From Perkinsela sp. CCAP 1560/9 (taxonomy: Eukaryota; Protista; Euglenozoa: Kinetoplastea): 64,000 nt of DNA. This document shows, in pieces, positions 55,035 through 64,000 of the stretch; the stretch's first letter is position 1, and every line of letters starts with the position of its first letter. Both the position numbers and the translations under genes were made by a program. The DNA lies in NCBI GenBank assembly GCA_965644495.1, contig CBFFSA010000004.1, positions 992,001-1,056,000 on the forward strand, in the 5' to 3' direction. Below the pieces are notes generated by a model. That model did no database searches. It saw nothing but the letters and a program-made list of their open reading frames with translations, and had not been told where the DNA came from.

Positions 55035-55840
55035 GCCCTCCGGAAGCAAGTTCCGAAATGTTTGGGACCAATGCACTGGAAGTTCGATCGGGAACGATTT
55101 CCATGAAAAGTTGGGATAACTATTTGACGTGGTAGGAGCTATTGTCTGCGTGACCTCCGTCCCACCCTTACGCACACGTCTTGCACCATGCCGTCCGCGG
55201 TGTCATTTTCGTACGGAAAAGAATGTCTCATCACATTGCATTGTTGAAATGGAAGAACGGTTCCTGGCACGTCGGCGAACATGAGCTGTAGCAATAAGGG
55301 AATCAAACCAGCGTCGTAATGATACGATAGTTTGCTGGCTCAATTCCACTTCCGCTCCTGCATCCTTATGGCGTCCACCGCGAACATACAGGGGTGAAAA
55401 CTTCCATCTGGGGGGGTCTAAATTTCTAAAATATAGAATGAGATATTTTATCACTTGTTTCGCACTTCTGTGGGCTCTACCTGGTACCAGTGGGCCTAGT
55501 GCAGCGTACCTTCCGTTGCACTTTTTAGTGCACCACCACTTTGACCAATACGCTTCGTGCTGTGAGGTGTTTTGTGGATTTTCCTGTAACACACGACTTT
55601 TTGAGCGACTAGTTTGTGACTTTCTAGCCACTGCACACAATCCTCCTCAGTCCACAGAGAAACTTTGCTCAAAGTGAGCTCTTTATGGCAGGAAAACCGA
55701 GCACACCCCCCACAGGGCATTAGAAAATACCGAAAATACTTAAGCGAAGCAAGATATCTTATAAAAAGGTGATTAATGGGGCAATTTTATTTTTACGGAA
55801 ATCGGAAATAAAAAAGGCCAAATTTGCATTAATTTCACCC
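55035..55840 (-). mobile_element. Merlin transposon, 3'-truncated, with a MITE TIR fragment near 55389-55445
   Basis: MQCDETFFS, VPDRT...L..NI; homologous to 58637-59871; GGTGAAATT terminus near 55839. Confidence 0.8.
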
Positions 55841-55904
55841 AACTTTCGGAAGAGTATTTTCCCTTGTTGCGCTCCAGGAGCGAACGTACAAGAATGTGCT
55901 TCCT

Positions 55905-56340
55905 TTATCGCAAATATGGAGAATTTGTACTATCGATTAGAATCTGGGGGCGCCGAGTCATATAGCCTGAGTCCGCCGTCATTACCATATGCTGAATCCT
56001 GCATTTTTGAACATTAAGCCGCATTCCTACCGAAGAAAGTGTTTCCACCAGAACATTGGTTGCGTTTTGCATTTCCTTCGGAATGTTTGTGATAATGGTA
56101 AGATCATCGGCAAAGGCTTTGAGAATCGTCTCGCTGTCGTTCCAAGTAATACCATATTTGGGACAGCTAGACCGGACGAAACGCAGCACCGGTTCCATTG
56201 AGAGGTGAAATAGCATTCGGGAAAGTGTATCTCCCTGGAGTACCTCTCTTCCACATTCAATAGGCTTGGATAGTCCGTCATTATACACGTATTTAAATAG
56301 ACGCTTTTTCGTAGAGATTTTCGACATATTGGATAAATTG
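55905..56340 (-). mobile_element. non-LTR reverse transcriptase fragment
   Basis: VLQGDTLS..LF.L.MEP.L, AFADDL, GMRLNVQKC. Confidence 0.85.
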
Positions 56341-56350
56341 GATATACAAG

Positions 56351-56539
56351 GTATTGGACCAAGCTAATTTGTGCATGATAATTTGATGGATCTTAAAAGA
56401 TCGCACATAGATCTCGACAGAAAACTTTTCAGTTATTTAAAATAATCATTTTTCGAAGAAAGAGATTTAGAGAATCGAAATAAAATCACTTTTCTGGTCA
56501 CTAAATGTACGTTGCTAAATGATTCAAAATAGATTGACC
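56351..56539. repeat. R1 repeat (short form), upstream of EF-1alpha copy 3
   Basis: Matches the 3' part of R1. Confidence 0.8.
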
Positions 56540-56753
56540 TACATGTAGATCTCTATGGATTAGTTTCATTACTTCTCAATGCAGGTATAGATATTACGTC
56601 ACTTATCCTCATCATTTAAAGAAAACAAATAAATCATCTAGCAGGCTAAGGGACGGTACGCGCGATACCTTTCGTAGTCCTATTACAACACGCTTTACCA
56701 TTGTTAGCTTCAAATTCAAAGAACCTGCTTACATAGATACTTTCTTTTACAAA

Positions 56754-58106
56754 ATGGGTAAAGAAAAGATTCACATTAACCTGGTTGTCATCGGTCACGT
56801 CGACGCAGGAAAGTCTACTGCCACAGGCCACCTCATCTACAAATGCGGCGGTATCGACAAGCGAACGATTGAGAAGTTTGAAAAAGAAGCAGCAGAAATG
56901 GGTAAAGCATCATTTAAGTACGCCTGGGTTCTGGACAAGCTTAAGGCGGAACGCGAACGTGGTATTACGATCGATATTGCTTTGTGGAAATTCGAATCCC
57001 CGAAATGCGTTTTCACGATCATCGACGCCCCTGGACATCGTGACTTCATTAAAAACATGATTACGGGAACTTCCCAGGCCGATGCCGCTATTCTCGTCAT
57101 CGCTTCCGGTACGGGTGAGTTCGAAGCTGGCATCAGCGGTGATGGTCAAACACGCGAGCACGCCCTCCTCGCATTCACGCTGGGTGTAAAGCAAATGATT
57201 GTAGCTGTGAACAAGATGGATGACAAGTCAGTGAACTACTCCCAGAGCCGCTTTGATGAGATCAAGAAGGAAGTATCCATGTACCTCAAGAAAGTTGGAT
57301 ACAACGTGGATAAGGTACAGTTCGTGCCTATTTCCGGGTGGATGGGCGACAACATGATTGAACAGTCCGCCAACATGTCGTGGTACAAAGGGCCAACTTT
57401 ACTTCAAGCGCTCGACAACCTTGACGCCCCGGTCCGTCCCGTCGACAAACCCCTGCGTCTCCCTCTTCAGGACGTGTACAAGATCGGCGGCATTGGTACG
57501 GTGCCGGTAGGCCGTGTGGAGACGGGTGTGCTACGCCCAGGTGACGTTGTCACGTTTGCTCCGACGAACCTGACCACGGAGGTGAAGTCCATTGAAATGC
57601 ACCACGAGGCGCTTCCGGAGGCTACCCCAGGCATGAACATTGGGTTCAACGTGAAAAATGTATCTGTAAAGGATATTCGCCGAGGATACGTGTGCGGTAA
57701 CTCTAAACAGGACCCACCGAAGGAATGCGAGTCGTTTGTTGCCCAGGTCATTGTGCTCAATCACCCGGGTCAGATCTCCCAAGGCTATGCTCCCGTGCTG
57801 GACTGCCACACGGCTCACATTGCGTGCAAGTTCTCCGAATTGGAGTCCAAGATCGATCGCCGCTCGGGTAAGGAGCTAGAAAAGAATCCGAAGAGCGTGA
57901 AGAACGGTGACGCGGCTATGGTCCGAATGACACCGCAGAAGCCGATGTGCGTGGAGACGTTCACGGAGTACCCACCCCTCGGCCGTTTCGCTGTCCGGGA
58001 TATGCGACAAACGGTGGCAGTGGGTGTGATCAAGCAGGTTCAGAAGAAAGAGCCCTCTGGCGGAAAGGTGACAAAGGCGGCGCAGAAGGCGCAAGGAAAG
58101 AAGTAA
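56754..58106 (+). CDS. EEF1A: elongation factor 1-alpha, copy 3
   Basis: Intact ORF; protein identical to copy 2. Confidence 0.99.
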   Translation: MGKEKIHINLVVIGHVDAGKSTATGHLIYKCGGIDKRTIEKFEKEAAEMGKASFKYAWVLDKLKAERERGITIDIALWKFESPKCVFTIIDAPGHRDFIKNMITGTSQADAAILVIASGTGEFEAGISGDGQTREHALLAFTLGVKQMIVAVNKMDDKSVNYSQSRFDEIKKEVSMYLKKVGYNVDKVQFVPISGWMGDNMIEQSANMSWYKGPTLLQALDNLDAPVRPVDKPLRLPLQDVYKIGGIGTVPVGRVETGVLRPGDVVTFAPTNLTTEVKSIEMHHEALPEATPGMNIGFNVKNVSVKDIRRGYVCGNSKQDPPKECESFVAQVIVLNHPGQISQGYAPVLDCHTAHIACKFSELESKIDRRSGKELEKNPKSVKNGDAAMVRMTPQKPMCVETFTEYPPLGRFAVRDMRQTVAVGVIKQVQKKEPSGGKVTKAAQKAQGKK

Positions 58107-58464
58107 GTCTTTTTCGTGTCTTGTGTTAGTGGTATTTATCGGGACACGTAATATGGGCGAAGAAGCACGTTATTATTTGGAAGATTAGTTTCGTGATAGT
58201 TGTAGAATCAAGAGACATTGAAAAGTTATTTCTGAAAGAAGCCAAACTTTTTATTCCAATTTTTTGTCAAGGAAATGAAGTACGCATTATAAAAAAATAT
58301 CACTTAGATGATTGCTTATTTTTGACATGTCAGAATTATAACCGGAAATATTTTTTAGGCCGAAATTCTTTCTCTTATAATTCGCGTAGTACGACTATAA
58401 AAGGTGTTAAAAATGCGAGAAAATATCCTTACTGCATATTTTATTGTTTTGTTTTCTTATTTCA

Positions 58465-58514
58465 ATGTTTATCTTGGCGCCCGATAGTGGATCCTACCAA
58501 GGATCCAACAAAGT
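58465..58514 (+). pseudogene. 5' stub of the LRR gene
   Basis: Matches the start of 36647; similarity ends after ggatccaacaaagt. Confidence 0.7.
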
Positions 58515-60236
58515 TTGAATCATTGGGTATCTCTTGGTTGAGGTTGCCACGCTCAACATCTCTCCGAACGTAATACCGACGCTTCTTCATCGACTGTTTT
58601 TTCTTTGATTCTGCTTGCACAGACAACTACCCTCGGGGGTAAATTGAATGAGAATTCGCTTTTTTTCTATTTTTCAATAATTTCGTCTATTTATGCAGGG
58701 AAAAAGGTCCTTCGTACAATTATTTTGCCACACCTCTCTTTACACGTGCTTTTCCGACTTTCTCACTCACACCTCTTTGTATACCTAATATACATTGTAT
58801 GTATTAAATATCAATAACTTCACAGAAATACCGAAGATTTTTCAGCATACAAAGTAAAGCGTCGTTACCATTTATCTTCAACTTTCCATTGCTTTTCTCA
58901 GCTAAAGCTCGTACCCGGCTGCCGCGCTTTTCATCCCCCCGACCGAGTACACCCCCTTCACGCTTGAGCGTCTTCTTGACAAGTGAATTAGCCGACTCAA
59001 TTGTGTTTGTATGAACGCCTTCTTGGGTTACCAACTCGCGTCGGTGAACCACCTTTTCCCACTTGTATCTACCTTGCAGTTGCAGATTATGACGAGCGGA
59101 ATCAGTCCAGATCCTAGCTGTCGATCCCGCAGCCAGAGCGATGTTTGAAATAAGTGACGATGTGCTTCGATCGGGGACAACGTCCATAAATATTTCAGAG
59201 ATTTTATTTTGTCTTGTCGTTTCAACTATAGTTTGAGCGACTTGCGGCCCTTCACGTCTGACACGTCGAGTACGATTGTTGCCTCCCCGCTTCCTCGTTG
59301 AGAAGAACGTTTCATCGCACTGCATGGAGGTCCATGTTCCATGGCGACGAATTATTCGAAGTACGTGTATCGTCCCGATCATAGAATCCAACGCTTGGCG
59401 CAGACCATGGTCGTCACACTTAAGCCCGTCTCCTCCGCTGATACCGCATGTGGCTCGCCACGGGAGTACAAAATAATGAATTTCAGCACTTGCTTTGCAG
59501 TGCGTTTTGCATTCCTGGAACCAGGGGCCCAAGAATGTCATACACCCCTTTGCACTTTTTGGTACACCGCCACTTCTCGTCGCTCAATCGCATTTCCAAT
59601 GGAGAGGAGTGACCGCGCTTGTTGCATATCACCTTCCTTGCAACAAGATCATGGCATTTTAACCAGTGTTGACATTGAGCCTCTGACCACTTTACTACCT
59701 TACTAATAGTTAGCTTCCGACGGCACGTGAATCCACGACACCCCTGACACACCATGTAAGGAATTCAGAAAAATGTAAAATCTTTTCTAAAAAGTACATG
59801 GATAATTTCCCCCGCTTTTCTCAATATTTATTACCAAATTTTTGGAAAGCGAATTCTCGTTCAATTTCCCCACCCTCGGATCTTTGGGGGGAAAAGGAAA
59901 TTGCATCCCGGGGGTATGATCGTAACATACCCACCATCCGCCACCCCGTTTGTGCTTCACAACAGTGCCCCTCCATAGAAACAAAGGTTTGTCATAACTC
60001 ATTGTCCAAACAACTGTAATGCGTGAGTTTAGCCGACACAAATCAGCCATCGAGTCCAATGCTTTCTGGCGAAGTTTGGTAGCAACTCGCTCATCCGATT
60101 CCTCATGAGGAGGAATGAACAAGTTGCTCCGACCCAACCTGGCGCAATTCAATTTCTGCAAGATTGCATCAAACCCAATTGAACCGGAGGTCTTCGATCT
60201 TTTTAAGGCATTTGCCGAGTGCTCACGTCCGGACAT
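58515..60236 (-). mobile_element. remnant of a second LINE-type ORF with the same N-terminal domain as the 54931 ORF, interrupted by Merlin
   Basis: KLRQ.A...VVW...LW.G.V...V.Y...PFPP, continuing as VVVC across the Merlin TSD. Confidence 0.6.
58637..59871 (-). mobile_element. full-length Merlin DNA transposon with a frameshifted transposase
   Basis: TIR ggg(t/g)aaattgaa(t/c)gagaattcgcttt; 8-bp TSD ACCCTCGG (58629-58636, 59872-59879); QCDETFF, IWTDS, VVH, GVHTNTIES; at least two frameshifts near 59390-59500. Confidence 0.93.
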
Positions 60237-60269
60237 TCCGCAGTAATTGCTTTAATAAAAAGAAGGATC

Positions 60270-60530
60270 TTAATAGAAAGAAGGGTCCACCACAAGAGCT
60301 GTCGCAGGTTGCGAACCTCCAAGTATGGAAGCTTGATCGTGCATGATCTCTTCAAATACTTGACGGTTCATCCAACCAGTAGAAGTGACGTACACCGTCA
60401 AAGCGTTGTCGAGCGTCCGAGTAACATGATGTCGAGCGTCTCGCAGTATGCGGGACTTCATCTTCTGCACTGGATTTGAACAGTACCGTAGGAGGAAGGG
60501 GAAGGGCTTTTCTGTTGTGAATGTCTCCAT
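60270..60530 (-). mobile_element. pogo-like DDE transposase fragment
   Basis: K.FP......GWMN..VF...ALVVD. Confidence 0.55.
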
Positions 60531-60794
60531 GAGTGTTGCAAGCTGTATTTACCCACGCCTTCTCAGTCTCTTAACCAGGTAACTACCGACTGTTTACCAC
60601 GCGCAGTTGAGACGTTTATGAAGTCAGACAACTCTGGATGTCGCTCTTGTGACCCCCCGCCGAACTTCGAAGAGGAAGAGCGGAGGACTTTGCTCCGGCT
60701 CCACTGGATCAAAGAAAACTTTGTTGAAGTCTGTATGGCGGACGTCAGACAGACAGATATATCAGACTTTCGAAAACTTGTTCACTTTCGAAAT

Positions 60795-61900
60795 GGGTTC
60801 AGTGGGTTCAAAAATGGGTTCAATGAACCCGATGAACCACTGAACCACCTGGTGGTTCAGTGAACCACTACGTATGACGTAAAGTACTATAATCATTATG
60901 TGTTCAGCTTTTACACGGTCAATACCCGTGTCTACGACCAATCCAACATAGGAATACGTGTCGATGTCAGAGCACAATATTTTCCATAATTCGTCCGCAA
61001 GTCTAGCGTTAAGTGCGTGAGTTTAATGAAGAGCTTTGGGGCGTGCCAGCAAAAGAATTTCTGATGAAACGGGAGGTCGCATACTTTCATAGATATTTAA
61101 AAACCATACATATTTACTGAAGGGTTGTCATCGCGTATAAGCTCGGTAAAACCTTTGTACTAAAATGCTTAACTTTATCCGTGTACGTTGCATGGTCACA
61201 GAGATCAGAACTTCGCTCAAAAGAAATTTTATCAAGATAGCACGACGATGCCTCGGATAATAATTTTGTACTTATTACGGGTATGTGGTTATTACTTATA
61301 CGGGTATGTGGTTTACAAGTTTTTCTCTGCAATCTGATGCGCACTTTTTATCTTCCGCAAGTAAAGAGTCAATCGCCCGGGTCGATGTATTGAGCTTTCC
61401 CCGTGCTCCTACCTCAAATACGAGTAGATACGTTTACGGATTGATTAACCTCTGTTGGATATGATATTCATGCAGTTTAACTGCAGAGATTGCTACCCAG
61501 AAGATGCATGACTACCACGCAATCCTCGCACAAAACCAGTTTCTCTTAGGTTTTTAAAAAAGTTCAAGAGCACACGCCCTTACTTCACTGCTCACTGTTG
61601 CGAATATCAAAAAATTTAAAACTCCCACTAAGGGCTCTTCTTACCATATGCTGCCGACGTCGCGAGGCGGTGGCCTTGTTTCCACCAAACAGGTAGTTCA
61701 GTGCTCGAGTTGAGCTGTTGAGCTTTCCCCTGGCGCCTACTTCAAAGCCCAGGAGAAATGTGGCTGGATTCGACATTTTCCTTTGTATGTCCATGCTTCT
61801 GCATCTTCTGTTCGTGTGAGGAGATGAAGTTTTCCTCCCACGGAGATGACAGTTCAAGTATGAGCTCAGAACCGTTCTTAAGTTTGATCCATCCATCAGG
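60795..61900 (-). mobile_element. hAT terminus (ending 60876) abutting a second degenerate hAT transposase
   Basis: ggttca/tgaacc repeats ending gaaccactacgtatg resemble the 53844 end. GLVVDTGID...EHI...VLYV is homologous to GLAIDAGID...EHV...VLYV. Confidence 0.65.
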
Positions 61901-62224
61901 TCGGAGGGACGTTTCTTGCCCGCTCAGCCAGGTTGGCGAATTCTGATAGTGAGGGAGGTCAAAGTGACACTGCGGTTTCGGGGGATTGTCGTGCTCAGGT
62001 GTGAACTGTCTGCAAGGGTGTGCAGGATGAGGTTATGACGGAAGGTATACCGCCCCTACTGCAGAGCCTGTGATAACGTGGCGCACAGTTTGTACATTCT
62101 TTTCAAATGGGGAACTTAAGGTTCGAGTGGGAACTGAGGCTCCAGCGGAGATTAGCTTCCATCGGGTATTACAGAATACAGTGCATTGATTGTAAAACCA
62201 ACATCACTGATGAATTAACACATA

Positions 62225-62770
62225 CAGGGGGTGAAGCTCAATCTGGGGGGGGTCTAAAATTTGTAAATGTTAGCCACTTTTAGAAAATAATAGCGCATTC
62301 AAGGGCTCTCGCGAATCCCTCTGGTGGAAAGTGCGTCGTTTTCCACACCTTGCATAACGGGGATAAGGTCGAAAAAGTCAATGGCAAGCTTTTTCGGAAA
62401 GCTTACCTCAGAACAAGACCCCATTTTGGCGTAACTTTTCAGACGAAGCACTCTACCATTGGTTTTGATCTGCCCAATGAATGGCAAAGGGCCTTTTAAG
62501 AACCTTCTTGGTGAATGCACTCATCTTTCATTGACGGATACTGGAAAAATGTAAAACAACATGCTAAAAATACAAAAATAATGCAAAAAATGCCCCTTTC
62601 AAGTTCTTTTTTCGTATTTTCCCTGTAAAATAAGTAAGGCTCAAAACGGAAGGAAACGACGTATTTTCCACCAAAGGGATTCGAGAGAGCTTCCGAATGC
62701 GCTATTATTTTCTAAAAATGGCCATGTTTTACAAATTTTAGACCCCCCCCAGATTTAGTTGCACCCCCTG
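62225..62770. mobile_element. MITE related to 32152-32877
   Basis: TIR cagggggtg.a.ct.aatctggggggggtctaaaatttgtaaa; TA on both sides. Confidence 0.9.
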
Positions 62771-63231
62771 TATTCCAAACGTTTTTGATAAGATTTTCTA
62801 AATAAGCGGCAATAAGATTTGAGTGCAGTGATTATTACAGCTGTTACGTGGGTACGGCCCCATGGATCCACAAAAGCCATGTAAATAGGACAATTTACCG
62901 ATGGTTTGGGCCTCGTCCACACCAAGTTAGAACTCCTGAAGAGAAACGCCAAGTTCTGGAAATTTCGGTGGCACTTCGAACCGTTTTGAAGCACTTGAAC
63001 AATAATTGAAAAGAAATTAAACTTGGGCCAAATTTTTGACTCCATATTACCCTATTTGTTTTCTTACGAATAATTTATATTTTATAGTCAAAACGGGTAC
63101 TCGAAAAACAAAGTATTCGATCTATTATCTATCGGAAGCAGTAGTTTTATACAGTAGACTCGGGAAGTATCAATAGACAGGTGTTACTTAGGTGTTACTT
63201 TCCTGGTTGTCCCCATTATTGCGTATTGTTA

Positions 63232-64000
63232 ATGAGTGCTTTGGGGAAGAAAGTTTGGATGAAGGTTGATAATTTCCCCTGGTGGCCAGCACTCACCGTA
63301 GACCCTGAAGCCTACGCATCAGAATTGGAAGAGGGCCATACGATTCAAACCGAGGAAGGTTGGGTGGGAGTGGCATGCTTTGGCACACAGGAGTTCTGTA
63401 CTGTTCCTCCTCAGGATGTCATTCCGTTTGACTCAAATGACAAAGAAAGAATGTGCATTGAGGACTCCAACTTGCAGAAAGCAATCGCTGAAGCGTTACA
63501 ATTTTCAGACACAAACCAAAATACGGGATGTTCTGAGGACGCAGATGCGCTGCTCAATTCCACAGGAAATTCTACAGACCAAAACACTTCTACAAATAGA
63601 AATTCCGTTGAAGTCAGCGGAATCTCTACTGGGGAGGCAGCGCTCCAAAAACCCAGAAGAGCGTACACACTGGAGGACTCAGACAATGAAACTGACTTGA
63701 TTGGTCAATCCTCATATGTAGAGAACAAAACAATCTCCACCGTAATGGATTCCGAGTTACAGGAAAACGAAGATGGCTCATCCGTACAAAGGAATCCTTA
63801 CAAGGACACTCTAATTGAACCAGATCACAATATTACAGGCATTGCTTCTGAAGCGGAATCAGTATTCACCGCTGAAGTCGAGGCTCCAGATCCCACGATT
63901 CTAACTGGGGATAACATAGACTCCAGGGATAGGAAGCACCGTGACAGAGAAAGACACCGAAGAAAAGAGAAAAGACGAAGAAAACGCAGTAAGCATCGCA
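63232..64000 (+). CDS. PWWP-domain protein, 3'-truncated by the window edge (absent from the ORF track)
   Basis: MSALGKKVWMKVDNFPWWPA...VACFGT...LQKAIAEAL; frame open to the end of the window. Confidence 0.88.
   Translation, partial: MSALGKKVWMKVDNFPWWPALTVDPEAYASELEEGHTIQTEEGWVGVACFGTQEFCTVPPQDVIPFDSNDKERMCIEDSNLQKAIAEALQFSDTNQNTGCSEDADALLNSTGNSTDQNTSTNRNSVEVSGISTGEAALQKPRRAYTLEDSDNETDLIGQSSYVENKTISTVMDSELQENEDGSSVQRNPYKDTLIEPDHNITGIASEAESVFTAEVEAPDPTILTGDNIDSRDRKHRDRERHRRKEKRRRKRSKHR

Noticed and set aside
59390-59541. Programmed frameshift in the Merlin transposase
   Set aside because: Comparison with the 55-kb copy needs at least two separate shifts, which fits decay.

Overview
Eukaryotic DNA, most likely kinetoplastid and Perkinsela-like. 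This is an inference from intronless same-strand genes, a kinetoplastid-type EF-1alpha, an LP..L..L.L..N.F.G LRR family, and VIPER, CRE and Merlin elements. Positions 1-30.8 kb are a + strand cluster of housekeeping genes: LYR protein, PTB-like RRM, acetyl-CoA synthetase, EMC7, NPC1-like, DnaJ, SPB1, COQ2, condensin CAP-H, HMG-box protein and a large DExH helicase. A few MITEs and a Merlin element are interspersed. Positions 30.8-63.2 kb hold three copies of an EF-1alpha/LRR unit separated by nested, mostly dead transposons (Tc1/mariner, pogo, hAT, Merlin, VIPER/DIRS, CRE-clade and APE-type LINEs). A PWWP gene missed by the ORF track starts at 63232. Main leads: (1) a covarying three-way-junction motif shared by the CRE LINE 3' UTR and two families of short non-coding elements, a candidate new LINE/SINE system; (2) C/A-to-G/T skew-switching GC islands inside genes about 8-9 kb apart; (3) an APE LINE with an unrecognised Tudor-like N-terminal domain; (4) 18-bp templated repeat arrays at rearrangement junctions. 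All calls come from reading motifs by eye; no searches were run.
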